From Armatimonadota bacterium (GTDB lineage Bacteria > Armatimonadota > Zipacnadia > Zipacnadales > UBA5352): a DNA stretch of 38,413 nt. A program made the translations under genes and the position numbers. Shown in pieces: positions 9,135-20,105 of this stretch. Each line of letters starts with the position of its first letter. Position 1 is the stretch's first letter. The notes beneath the pieces are model-generated. The model was not told the origin of the DNA and did not search any database. It saw only the letters and a list, made by a program, of their open reading frames with translations. The stretch covers positions 1 through 38,413 of the forward strand of contig JAYENL010000120.1 in assembly GCA_034722055.1 (NCBI GenBank), given 5' to 3'.

Positions 9135-9270
9135 GCATGCACTCCTCCCGTCAGATGGTTACAATGCGCGACCAAACCGTGCCACAAGTTCACGGCGTCT
9201 GAGCGAATGTACATGATTGCTAAGGTAGATGCTTCGCCGCGGATCGGCTGTATCCTCCATGAGGGCGTGG

Positions 9271-9307
9271 AAGAATCGCCGCCGGCCGGATGCCCGGCCG
9301 ACGGCGA
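9271..9307 (-). terminator. Putative intrinsic terminator after clpC
   Basis: 14-bp stem TCGCCGTCGGCCGG-gcat-CCGGCCGGCGGCGA (one G:U pair) followed by TTCTT on the - strand, about 30 nt after the clpC stop. Confidence 0.55.
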
Positions 9308-9339
9308 GCGGCTGTCACGAGTGTCACCGGCTCTGAGGC

Positions 9340-11760
<2,421 letters not shown>

Positions 11761-12087
11761 GCTGCGTTCGGCTCCTTGTGCGTGTGGTGCGCCGTGACTG
11801 TCAGGCTCCGCGATCGGCTCGTGGCGTTTCTGTGCGCCGCCCTGCCGGCCGCTATCGTTCGACGCACTCGGAGCCGTCCCCGCCGGCTCCCGACCTGAGT
11901 CCTTGCCTGGCGGCCGTTGTGCCGCCGGGAGGAGAAGTGTTGACCGCCACAGTCGGTGTAGCGATGCGTTCGGCCGCTCGCCTGCCCTGACCGGAGCACC
12001 CCGACTATGGTCAGATTCCCGCGACCCGCCGGGTCATTTCCTGTCCGCTTGGCGGGCCCTCTTATCTATTCCCACACACGCCGATTC

Positions 12088-12966
12088 CTACTCGTAGATC
12101 GGCGTGCCTTCGGACCGGGTCAATTCACGGAACCTGTTTAGTAGACGTTTCGTCGTCCGACCAGGTTTTCCATTCCCGATTACCCGCCCGTCCACCTTCA
12201 CTACGGGGACCAGTTCGGCGGCCGTGCCGGTCAGGAAGCACTCATCGGCGGTATAGACCTCGCTGATCGGGAACAGCTTCTCGGCAACCTCGATGCCCTC
12301 ATCGCGCGCCAGCTCCATCACTGCCGCGCGAGTGATGCCATCCAGGATCCCCGCCTCTACCGGAGGTGTGACGAGCTCCTCCTCCATGCGGATGAAGATG
12401 TTGTCGCCGGTACACTCCGAGACCATGCCCTGGTTGGTGAGCATGATCCCCTCCTGCACCCCGGCCTGGATGCACTCGATCTTCCCCAGGATGTTGTTGA
12501 GGTAGTTGAGTGACTTGATGCCCGGATCGAGGCTGGCGGGCGAGTTCCGCCGGGTTGAGACGGTGATCAGAGGCAGCCCCGTCTGGTAGAGCTTCTCGGG
12601 ATAGAGCTGGAGGTTGGCTGCGATGATGACGACCGTCGGCTTGGGGCATTTGCGGGGGTCTAATCCCAGATCCCCCACGCCGCGGGTGACAACCATGCGA
12701 ATGTAGCCGTCGCGCACCTCATTGGCGCGGCAGGTCTCGACGGTGGCCTCCACCAATTGCTCGTGGGTGAGCGGAATGTCGAGCATGATGGCGCGCGCCG
12801 AGCGCTGCAGGCGCCTGAGGTGCTCGTCGAGACGAAACACCCGGCCGTTGTAGACGCGGATGCCCTCGAACACCCCATCGCCGTACAGCAGACCGTGGTC
12901 GTAGACCGATATCTTGGCTCGCTCACGCTCCACGAGCTCACCGTCGAGATAGATCAACTGTGCCAT
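12088..12966 (-). CDS. ilvE: Branched-chain amino acid aminotransferase (PLP class IV)
   Basis: DHGLLYGDGVFEGIR, IKSLNYLNN, ECTGDNIF, LDGITR and DECFLTGTAAE. Start set at MAQLIY (ATG 12966) after a GGGAG RBS. Confidence 0.92.
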   Translation of the reverse strand: MAQLIYLDGELVERERAKISVYDHGLLYGDGVFEGIRVYNGRVFRLDEHLRRLQRSARAIMLDIPLTHEQLVEATVETCRANEVRDGYIRMVVTRGVGDLGLDPRKCPKPTVVIIAANLQLYPEKLYQTGLPLITVSTRRNSPASLDPGIKSLNYLNNILGKIECIQAGVQEGIMLTNQGMVSECTGDNIFIRMEEELVTPPVEAGILDGITRAAVMELARDEGIEVAEKLFPISEVYTADECFLTGTAAELVPVVKVDGRVIGNGKPGRTTKRLLNRFRELTRSEGTPIYE

Positions 12967-13066
12967 CCAGAGTCGCTCCCGTTCGCGGCGGCCCCGATGG
13001 TCCGTGAAGCAGCCCCGCACGCAGATGCAGTACAACCGGCGACGATGATGCCGCCGGTTACGTCAG

Positions 13067-13095
13067 ATTGTAGCACATCCGTCCCCGGCCCGCAA
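13067..13095 (-). promoter_or_regulatory. Putative sigma70-type promoter for ilvE
   Basis: On the - strand, TTGCGG-17 nt-TACAAT with an extended -10 (TGcTACAAT), about 100 nt upstream of the start. Confidence 0.6.
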
Positions 13096-13340
13096 CTGCG
13101 GGGCCTCAGAGGGCGCGAACTCGTAATGTCATGCTTACCGCGCGGGCGACGCCGCCACTAGCGGCCAGCACCCACTCAATCTCGCCGCCCTCGCGGAGTG
13201 GCGGACGATGATCCCTCCCTCCACGTCCCTGCGATGCGACCTCTCTCGGTCAGGCTGCAAGCCCCACCTACCCGGAAGGTGCCACACCGCGAGCGACTGG
13301 CTGCCGTCTCTGCCGTTCGGGTCGTTATCTGCCGGTATGG

Positions 13341-13406
13341 GCCTCACCCCCCTGCCCGACTGTGTCGGGCGTCCCCCCTCTCCGTTCCGGATGAGGGGGG
13401 ACGGCG
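13341..13406. repeat. REP-like palindromic element, copy A
   Basis: GCCTCACCCC, then hairpin GCCCGAC/GTCGGGC, then hairpin GTCCCCCCTC/GAGGGGGGAC, then GGCG. Same layout as 17620-17696. Confidence 0.6.
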
Positions 13407-13520
13407 TCGTTGTCCAGTCGTTTGGAGGGGCGGGCCTCCGTTCCCGCCCGGCTGTTGTCGGGCTCGAAGCCTGACCTATACGCGGCAGGTAACGCGCGGA
13501 CAGCTGTCGTCAGCGGTCTG

Positions 13521-13586
13521 TGTCGTTAGCCGGCGTTATCTGCCGTTGTCTGATGTTGTCTGCCGTTATCTGCCGTTATCTGACGT
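13521..13586. repeat. 10-bp tandem repeat, consensus TGCCGTTATC, about 6.5 units
   Basis: tgtcgttagc cggcgttatc tgccgttgtc tgatgttgtc tgccgttatc tgccgttatc tgacgt, directly after the stop codon of the isomerase gene. Confidence 0.8.
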
Positions 13587-13587
13587 A

Positions 13588-14556
13588 CTATGCCCAGGTC
13601 ATCTCCCCCGGCTCCTCGAAGATCGCGCAGTCCTGCAGGAACTCCACGGCCTTCAGGAAGCCCTCGTTGGCGGTCATCAGCGAGTCCTCGTGCTCGATCG
13701 ACAGCGGCCCGTCGTAGCCGCACATCCGCAGCGTGGAGATGAGGTCCTTCCACTCCAGGTCGTCGTGTCCGTAGCCGAGGCTGCGGAAGATCCACGAGCG
13801 GTTGAGCTCATCGCCGTAGTGCTTGGCGTCCAGCAGGCCATTGACCTTCGCGTTCCAGTCGTAGACGCAGACGTCCTTGGCGTGGAAGTGCTGGATGACC
13901 GCGCCGTGCTCCTGCAGCCAGCGGATGGCCGCGGTGGGGTCGATCCCCTGCCACCACAGGTGCGAGGGGTCGAAGTTCGCGCACATGCGCTCCCCGCAGG
14001 CCTCGCGGAGCTTCATCAGCGTCTCAGGGTTGTAGACCAGGAAGTTGGGGTGCATCTCGAAGCAGAAGTCCACGCCCCGCTTGTCGGCGTATTCGTTCTC
14101 GCGCGTCCAGTACTCGATGGCGATCTCCCACTGGTACTCCAGAGCCTCAAGGTGGTCCTCCGGCCAGGGAGCGACGACCCAGTTGGGGACCTTGTCGTCG
14201 GGTCCGCCGCCGGGCAGGCCGGAGAAGCCGTTGACGCAGCTCACCCCGCACTGCTGGGCGAGGTCGCAGGTGGCGCGCCAGACCTCGTGATGCTCCTCGG
14301 CGACGGCCTCGTCGGGGTGCAGCGGATTGCCGTGGCAGGAGAACGCGGAGATCTCCAGGCCATGGTCGGCGATCATGGCCAGGAAGTCCTCCCGCTTGGT
14401 CTTATCGCCCTTGAGCTCGAACGGGTTGCAGTGGGCGTCGCCGGGGTAGTTGCCGGTGCCGATCTCGATGGTCTCGAGCCCGGCCTCGGCGAAGAACGCA
14501 CAGACCTCCTCAAGCGGCATGTCACTCCACGCGGCACTCAACGCTCCGACTTTCAT
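13588..14556 (-). CDS. Sugar phosphate isomerase/epimerase (xylose-isomerase-like TIM barrel)
   Basis: SCHGNPLHP, FEMHP, NFDPSHL.WQG, HFHAKD, FRSLGYGH and SIEHED. Start MKVGALS after a GGAGGAG RBS. Confidence 0.88.
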   Translation of the reverse strand: MKVGALSAAWSDMPLEEVCAFFAEAGLETIEIGTGNYPGDAHCNPFELKGDKTKREDFLAMIADHGLEISAFSCHGNPLHPDEAVAEEHHEVWRATCDLAQQCGVSCVNGFSGLPGGGPDDKVPNWVVAPWPEDHLEALEYQWEIAIEYWTRENEYADKRGVDFCFEMHPNFLVYNPETLMKLREACGERMCANFDPSHLWWQGIDPTAAIRWLQEHGAVIQHFHAKDVCVYDWNAKVNGLLDAKHYGDELNRSWIFRSLGYGHDDLEWKDLISTLRMCGYDGPLSIEHEDSLMTANEGFLKAVEFLQDCAIFEEPGEMTWA

Positions 14557-14658
14557 TGCCTTGCTCCTCCCTGTCTTAGCTGATCGCACGTCTGTGTTCG
14601 CGACGTTCGGAACACCACAGTGCCCAGATGAGGGCGAATGAGCATCGGCCGGCGTGCC

Positions 14659-14925
14659 TCAATCGCTCACAGCGCCAGGCGGCTGGTGCTCACCGCCCTC
14701 GGCACGAAAGAAGTCCTCACTGAACTGCGCATCGCCGTCGGTCAGCATGGGCATGACGGCCACGAACGCGATCACATTGACGACTACCACCAACGCCAGC
14801 AGCAGATTCGTCGCCAGGCTCTCGGGCCCTGTCCCCCAGCAGACCACGAAGGCGATGTGCAGCGCCAGCCAGACCACCACGAAGGTGGCGCAGATGGGGC
14901 AGTCCGTCAGCTCCTCCGAGGCCAT
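14659..14925 (-). CDS. Small two-TM membrane protein with an N-terminal CPIC
   Basis: 88 aa with two hydrophobic segments and host-like codons. GGAGG upstream. Confidence 0.6.
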   Translation of the reverse strand: MASEELTDCPICATFVVVWLALHIAFVVCWGTGPESLATNLLLALVVVVNVIAFVAVMPMLTDGDAQFSEDFFRAEGGEHQPPGAVSD

Positions 14926-14935
14926 GACTGCCCCG

Positions 14936-15061
14936 CTACCTCCGGTTCGACGGTCCGCGGCGGCGCCTGCCGATGCGCGTGATCCACGGCGCCAGCACCA
15001 CGAAGACGAGACCGATCGCCACGATCACTCCGGCCACCGCCAGTATCGCCATCCACGTCAC
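14936..15061 (-). CDS. 41-aa single-TM small protein (not in the ORF track)
   Basis: GTG start after a GAGGTG RBS: MTWMAILAVAGVIVAIGLVFVVLAPWITRIGRRRRGPSNRR*. TM helix plus basic tail; ends 10 nt before the next ORF. Confidence 0.6.
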   Translation of the reverse strand: MTWMAILAVAGVIVAIGLVFVVLAPWITRIGRRRRGPSNRR

Positions 15062-15188
15062 GGCGACTCACCTCGTCGATCGGGTGTCGTCATCAGGCGA
15101 GCAAAAAACCACGTAACGGCGCACGGACAGGAGTGTCCATGCCACGGAACGGCAGATCGCTCTGTGCAAGCGCTGCCGTACCGCCGTT

Positions 15189-15244
15189 GCTTGCAGCTTG
15201 AGGCTTGCGGCTCACCACTTGCAGCTCGCGGCTTCGAGCTCGGC
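15189..15244. repeat. 7-bp tandem repeat (GCTTGCA-like), 8 degenerate units
   Basis: gcttgca gcttgag gcttgcg gctcacc acttgca gctcgcg gcttcga gctcggc, just downstream of the Gfo/Idh/MocA stop. Confidence 0.7.
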
Positions 15245-15263
15245 GCGCAGCGCCGAAGCGCCC

Positions 15264-16448
15264 CTACAGCCCGACCTCCTCCCACTGGCCGCTGCCGGCC
15301 GCCCTCTCGCAGGCCGCCAGGACCTTCTGCGTGCGCAGGCCGTCCACGAAGCTCGGCCAGGGCTGCTCGTCCTTGCCCAGGGCATCGCAGAGGCTGAAGA
15401 CGGTGTTGATGAAGGTGTGCTCGTAGCCGATGATGTGGGCCACCGGCCAGTAGCGCGGCCCTCCCTCGTCGGGCAGCCCCATGTAGGGGTGGCAGTCCTC
15501 CGTCGCCGGGATGACGCGGAAGCCCTGCCGGTCCTCGGGGTCCTCGGTGTTGTAGTACTCCAGCTCGTTCATGCGCTCGAGGTTGAAGCGAATCGAGCCC
15601 CTGGAGCCGTTGACCTCGAACCAGTTGTAGTTCCGGTGCCCGGCGGCGAAGCGCGTGGCCTCCATGGTCCCCAGCGCGCCATTGTCGAAGCGGCACAGGG
15701 CGATGACGCCGTCATCGACGTCCACGGTGCCCATCTCGGCGCCCTCGGCGGCGCGGCCGCCCAGGCCGGTGTCGAAGTCCTCCATCATGGGCCGCTCCTC
15801 GATGAAGGTCTCCATGGTGCAGGCCACGGAGTCGATGTCGCCGAGCATCCATAGCGCCAGGTCGATGGAGTGTGCCATCAGGTCCCCCAGCGAGCCGGAG
15901 CCGGCGATGTCCTTCTGCACCCGCCACATCATGGGGACGTCGGGCGAGAGCAGCCAGTCCTGCAGGTACAGCGAGCGCCAGTGGTAGATCTCGCCCAGGT
16001 CGCCGTTCTCGATCATTTGCTTCGCCAGGGACACGGCGGGGGCGCGGCGATAGTTGTGGCAGATCATGTGCATGACGCCGGCGTCCTCGACGGCCTGCAC
16101 CATGCGCTCGGCGTCCTCCACGCTGGTCGCCAGGGGCTTCTCGCAGAAGACGTGCTTCCCGGCCTCCGCGGCCTTGATGGCGAGCTCCGCGTGCTGGTTG
16201 TTGGGCGCGGTGATGTCCACCAGGTCGATGTCATCGCGGGCCACCAGGTCGTCCACGTCGTAGACGGTTTCCTCCCAGCCGAACTGCTCCGCGCAGGCGT
16301 CCACCCGCTCCCTGGTGCGCCCGCAGAGCACCTTCATGACCGGCTCGGCCTCGACCTCGGGGAAGAAGAATGGGACCTGTCGGTAGGCGTTGGAGTGCGC
16401 GCGGCCCATGAAGTTGTAGCCGACGAGACCAACATTGATCTGTTCCAT
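15264..16448 (-). CDS. Gfo/Idh/MocA family oxidoreductase
   Basis: VGLVGYNFMGRAHS, GKHVFCEKPLA, HNYRR.PA and GSGSLGDLMAHSID. Start MEQINV after GGGAGG. Confidence 0.92.
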   Translation of the reverse strand: MEQINVGLVGYNFMGRAHSNAYRQVPFFFPEVEAEPVMKVLCGRTRERVDACAEQFGWEETVYDVDDLVARDDIDLVDITAPNNQHAELAIKAAEAGKHVFCEKPLATSVEDAERMVQAVEDAGVMHMICHNYRRAPAVSLAKQMIENGDLGEIYHWRSLYLQDWLLSPDVPMMWRVQKDIAGSGSLGDLMAHSIDLALWMLGDIDSVACTMETFIEERPMMEDFDTGLGGRAAEGAEMGTVDVDDGVIALCRFDNGALGTMEATRFAAGHRNYNWFEVNGSRGSIRFNLERMNELEYYNTEDPEDRQGFRVIPATEDCHPYMGLPDEGGPRYWPVAHIIGYEHTFINTVFSLCDALGKDEQPWPSFVDGLRTQKVLAACERAAGSGQWEEVGL

Positions 16449-16773
16449 CACATGACCCTCCCGGCGCTGGACCTCGCGCGTCGCGCCGTCAGTGACGTCA
16501 TCGAGGCCAGCACGAACGGTGTGAGCGACGGTCCGATCCGCTGCTTGGCGATCGTGGCATGATACTGTTCCGCACATCATCGAGGAGTCCTTCAAGAAGC
16601 GCAGAAGCCGAACATTTCAGCGTCTCGACCGCGGCCGGGCGACGCGGCGGCAGGATTCCGCCCGGCAGGCGTTCAACTGCGTGACGGCGGCGACAGTTGA
16701 GAGAGGCCGCGACAGCGGGGGAGCACGCCGGCCCGGCTTGATGTCCAGGCCGCGGCGAAGGGAGCGATGGTAC

Positions 16774-17610
16774 GTGAAGGTGCTGCTGACGGGCGGAAGC
16801 GGACTCGTGGGCTCGCGACTGGCGCCGATGGTAGCGGAGCGCCACGAGGTGACGCACTTCGAGATGGCCGAGCCGGGAGACGGGCTTCCCTGGATCGAGG
16901 GCGACCTGCTGGACGCCGAGGCGGTCGGCGAGGCCTGCCAGGGCATGGACGCGATCGTGCATGTGGCCGCCATCCACGGCGCGGTCTGGCGCCAGCTCGG
17001 CGACCACGCCATGTTCGAGACCAACGTGATGGGCACGCACAATGTCCTGCAGGGCGCCGTCGCAGCGCGCGCACGGCGGGTGGTCTTCACCTCGTCGATC
17101 AGCGCCACCGGCCACGGAGCCGGCCCGCCGGCGCCCTCACTGCCCATCGACGAGGAGATCGAGCGCGGCCCCAGCGACCTCTACGGCCTCAGCAAGCAGC
17201 TCGGCGAGCAGATGTGCCGCTTCGCAGCCGCCCGCCACGGCCTGAGCACCATCATCCTGCGCCCCGGCTTCATCTGTGCCGAGGACGTGCCCTTCGAGCG
17301 CACCATCGACTTCCTCTTCCACATGGTGGATGTGCGCGATGTGGCGCGGGCGCACCTGCTGGCACTGGAGGCTCCCGAGGACTTGGCGCAGGAGACGTTC
17401 ATCATCACCGCCGACAGCCCGCTTGCCGGCGTCGAGCCGCTGCAGTTCTTCGCGGACCGCATCGGGACGCTGGAGGGCCTCTACCCGGGCATCCGCGAGC
17501 TCATCGAGGATGGCACGCTCGACCCCTCGCATGGGCGGGAGTGGTACAGCATCGAGCGCGCCCGGCGCGTGCTGGGATGGGAGCCGCAGCACGGCTTTGA
17601 GCTTCCGTGA
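16774..17610 (+). CDS. NAD-dependent epimerase/dehydratase (extended SDR)
   Basis: VLLTGGSGLVG, HVAA, TNVMGT, FTSS and the YGLSK catalytic motif. GTG start after GGGAG. Confidence 0.9.
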   Translation: MKVLLTGGSGLVGSRLAPMVAERHEVTHFEMAEPGDGLPWIEGDLLDAEAVGEACQGMDAIVHVAAIHGAVWRQLGDHAMFETNVMGTHNVLQGAVAARARRVVFTSSISATGHGAGPPAPSLPIDEEIERGPSDLYGLSKQLGEQMCRFAAARHGLSTIILRPGFICAEDVPFERTIDFLFHMVDVRDVARAHLLALEAPEDLAQETFIITADSPLAGVEPLQFFADRIGTLEGLYPGIRELIEDGTLDPSHGREWYSIERARRVLGWEPQHGFELP

Positions 17611-17619
17611 TCGACGGCA

Positions 17620-17696
17620 GCCTCACCCCGCCCCAGCATCAGCTCGGGCACCCCTCTCCCTGGCGGCTTCGCCGCAGCCGGGAGAGGGGAACGGCG
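17620..17696. repeat. REP-like palindromic element, copy B
   Basis: GCCTCACCCC ... CCCCTCTCCC (17651-60) / GGGAGAGGGG (17680-89) stem, then ACGGCG. Intergenic. Confidence 0.65.
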
Positions 17697-17736
17697 ACGA
17701 CAGATGGGCTGACGCGTGGGCAAGGAGGACACGCAC

Positions 17737-18468
17737 ATGCGACTTGAGGGACGCAAGGCGCTCGTGACCGGCGCCAGCCGCGGGATCGGACGGGCCATCT
17801 CGCTGGCGTTCGCGGATGAGGGCGCGGACGTGGCCGCCACGGCGCGCTCCCTGGAGGCCCTGGAGGAGACCTGGGCGGAGATCGAGGCGCGCGGGCGGCG
17901 CTGTCACGCCATGGCCTGGGACGTGCGCGATGTCTCGCAGGCCGAGCAGCGCCTCGAGGATGCCGCAGAGGCGCTGGGCGGCCTCGACATCGTGGTCAAC
18001 AACGCGGGCGTGCACCACCTGCCGGATGGACCGGACGGACGCGCCGACAGCGAGGCCGAGTGGGACTACGTGATGGATACCAACCTCAAGGCGGTCTGGT
18101 TTATCACGGAGGCGGCGGCCCGGATGATGGCGCGCGAGGGCGGGGCGGTGGTGAACATCGCCTCCGACTACGCGTTCCGCGGCGCGAACACCATCTACGG
18201 GGTCTCCAAGTGGGGTGTGGCCGGCCTCACCCGCGGCCTCGCGCGGAACTGGGCCGGCAGGGGTGTGCGCATTAACGCCATCGGCCCGGGGCCGGTGGCC
18301 ACGGAGATGATCGGCTGGGAGGAGGGCGACGCGCTGGAGAGCGATCACCTGCCCCTGGGGCGGCTGACGCTGCCCGACGAGGTGGCGCGGGTGGCGGTCT
18401 TCCTGGCCTCCGATGACGCCTCCGCGCTCATCGGCGAGACCATCGTGCTCAACACCGGCAATCCGTAG
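17737..18468 (+). CDS. Short-chain dehydrogenase/reductase (classical SDR)
   Basis: TGASRGIG, VNNAG, NIAS, YGVSK and NAIGPG. AAGGAGG RBS before MRLEGRK. Confidence 0.92.
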   Translation: MRLEGRKALVTGASRGIGRAISLAFADEGADVAATARSLEALEETWAEIEARGRRCHAMAWDVRDVSQAEQRLEDAAEALGGLDIVVNNAGVHHLPDGPDGRADSEAEWDYVMDTNLKAVWFITEAAARMMAREGGAVVNIASDYAFRGANTIYGVSKWGVAGLTRGLARNWAGRGVRINAIGPGPVATEMIGWEEGDALESDHLPLGRLTLPDEVARVAVFLASDDASALIGETIVLNTGNP

Positions 18469-18613
18469 CCCAGCTACCATCCCAGCATGCACATTGGGTG
18501 GCAGAACTACGCTTCCTGTAGACACGGTAATTTAAGGACTAACGCATTGCGGAGAGGGGTATAGAAACAAGGAAGAAAGCGAAGCTGCCGTATCCTCATC
18601 CGGGGGTGAAGAG

Positions 18614-20011
18614 ATGCATGCCTCGCACAGCAAGCCCTCGTGGGGCATCATGGATGAGATGACGCTGACGCTTCCGGTGCAGACCTGGACGCCCAAGAAC
18701 GGGGTGGTGAAGGCTACCGGCGACGACATCATCCTCCACCACGCCGATGATACCTCCCACACCATCTCCTGGAACATCATCCACCACGTGGGCGATGGCA
18801 TCGATCCGCGCTTCACGGTTACCGTGGACATCTACGACCTGCAGGGCAACGCGGTCGCCCAGCTTACCCAGGAGGACGTTGAGACCGGCGAGGGTAACCT
18901 GGCGTGGGACACAGATCTTCCCGAGGAGAACGGCATCTACACCTACCGCATCAGCGCGGCGCACGAGGACGGCCCGCCGGCGCTGGTGTGCGGCCCCGAG
19001 CCCGACAAGTCCTGGCGGCTGGAGATCAGCGATGTGAGCGTTTCGGACTTCGCCTGGATTGACGGTCCCCCAACCGAGGCGTCGGTAACCTTGCACTACG
19101 AATTGAACCGGGAGGCGGGTGCCTGCGACTTGGACATCTACAACCATGATCTGGAGCAGGTCAGCATTATCGAGCCTGCCGGGGGCGGCCAACTCGACCC
19201 GGGCAATGGCGCGCACCAGTGCACCGTGGAGTTCAAGGACCCAGACCAGATCGTGGGAATCTACAGGTTCGTGGTTTCCGCATTGGAGACTGATGCAGAT
19301 GGGCAAGAGAACAGAGACCAGCAGCCCAAGCTGACGCTACAGACGGGCAGCACTATCGTCAAATGGCCTAAAGCCTATAACGTGCCTGGCGAGGGCGGCA
19401 GCTCAGCGAGCTTTGCCGCAGCCGTCAACACCTCTTGCTACTACCAGTCCCACGGCGGCGACGGCACACAGTACTCCGCGCAGGTCGGGCGGGCTGTTGC
19501 TTCCACCACCTACGAGGCCTTCGACAACTGCGCCGTCTTCCAGTACATCGGTCATGCCGCTGCGAACCATTGCGCGCTTCAGCAGGTCGTCAACCATCAC
19601 CAACTGCGAGGCGGGACGGCGGGCGAGAACCCCAACGACAACGATTCGGTCAACGACATCTATTACCTGGAAAAGAAGGCGGATGGCGCGCTGGAGTTAT
19701 GTAGATTCGTGTTCTTTGTCGGCTGTCACACTGCAGCCGACAACGCTGCTGGTTCCAACCTACTGGATGCCGCCAGTGACAAAGGCGTGGACTGCAGTGC
19801 GGGGTTTGAAGGCGATCTATATGTATGGGCGATGTCCGAAGGCATCCCGCTGTTCTGGGATTACGTGATGTCTGACGGCGCGTATGTGGACGCCGCGGCG
19901 ATACAGGTGATATTCGATCTCCGAGACGAAAACGACGGAGACGACGGCGGATGGGGCACGTACGCGTCAAGAGACAACGTGACGCTGTTACCTGCCAAGT
20001 GGGGGGAGTGA
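18614..20011 (+). CDS. Cassette A: FlgD-Ig-like N-terminal module plus caspase/gingipain-like (His-Cys) peptidase-like C-terminus; start uncertain (18614 or 18650)
   Basis: VTVDIYDLQGNAV...LAWD...GIYTYRISA is FlgD-Ig-like. C-terminal VFQYIGHA...FVFFVGCHT...GVDCSAGF...FWDY follows the caspase-hemoglobinase-fold pattern. No signal peptide. Confidence 0.6.
   Translation: MHASHSKPSWGIMDEMTLTLPVQTWTPKNGVVKATGDDIILHHADDTSHTISWNIIHHVGDGIDPRFTVTVDIYDLQGNAVAQLTQEDVETGEGNLAWDTDLPEENGIYTYRISAAHEDGPPALVCGPEPDKSWRLEISDVSVSDFAWIDGPPTEASVTLHYELNREAGACDLDIYNHDLEQVSIIEPAGGGQLDPGNGAHQCTVEFKDPDQIVGIYRFVVSALETDADGQENRDQQPKLTLQTGSTIVKWPKAYNVPGEGGSSASFAAAVNTSCYYQSHGGDGTQYSAQVGRAVASTTYEAFDNCAVFQYIGHAAANHCALQQVVNHHQLRGGTAGENPNDNDSVNDIYYLEKKADGALELCRFVFFVGCHTAADNAAGSNLLDAASDKGVDCSAGFEGDLYVWAMSEGIPLFWDYVMSDGAYVDAAAIQVIFDLRDENDGDDGGWGTYASRDNVTLLPAKWGE
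18641..18708 (+). repeat. 68-bp exact repeat (also at 23364-23431)
   Basis: tggggcatcatggatgagatg...aagaacggggtggt is identical at both sites and encodes WGIMDEMTLTLPVQTWTPKNGV. Confidence 0.93.
18722..19020 (+). repeat. ~300-bp repeat shared with 21018-21331 (conserved cassette module)
   Basis: Contains a 101-bp identical block (18758-18858 = 21054-21154). Both copies encode IILHHADDTSHTISWNIIHH...CGPEPDKSWRL. Confidence 0.93.
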
Positions 20012-20105
20012 GGTTTGAAATGGCCGGCGGTCCGGTGGCCCTTGCAGCACGGGCGCCACGGCGTATCACAACACACTGAGTGATCGCGAGCTTGGAGGTG
20101 AAGTC

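Noticed and set aside
11761..12087. CtsR or CIRCE heat-shock operator upstream of clpC
   Set aside because: No convincing GGTCAAA direct repeat or TTAGCACTC-N9-GAGTGCTAA found.
13521..15244. Short tandem repeats as a possible CRISPR array
   Set aside because: Units are 7-10 bp, contiguous and without spacers; no cas genes.
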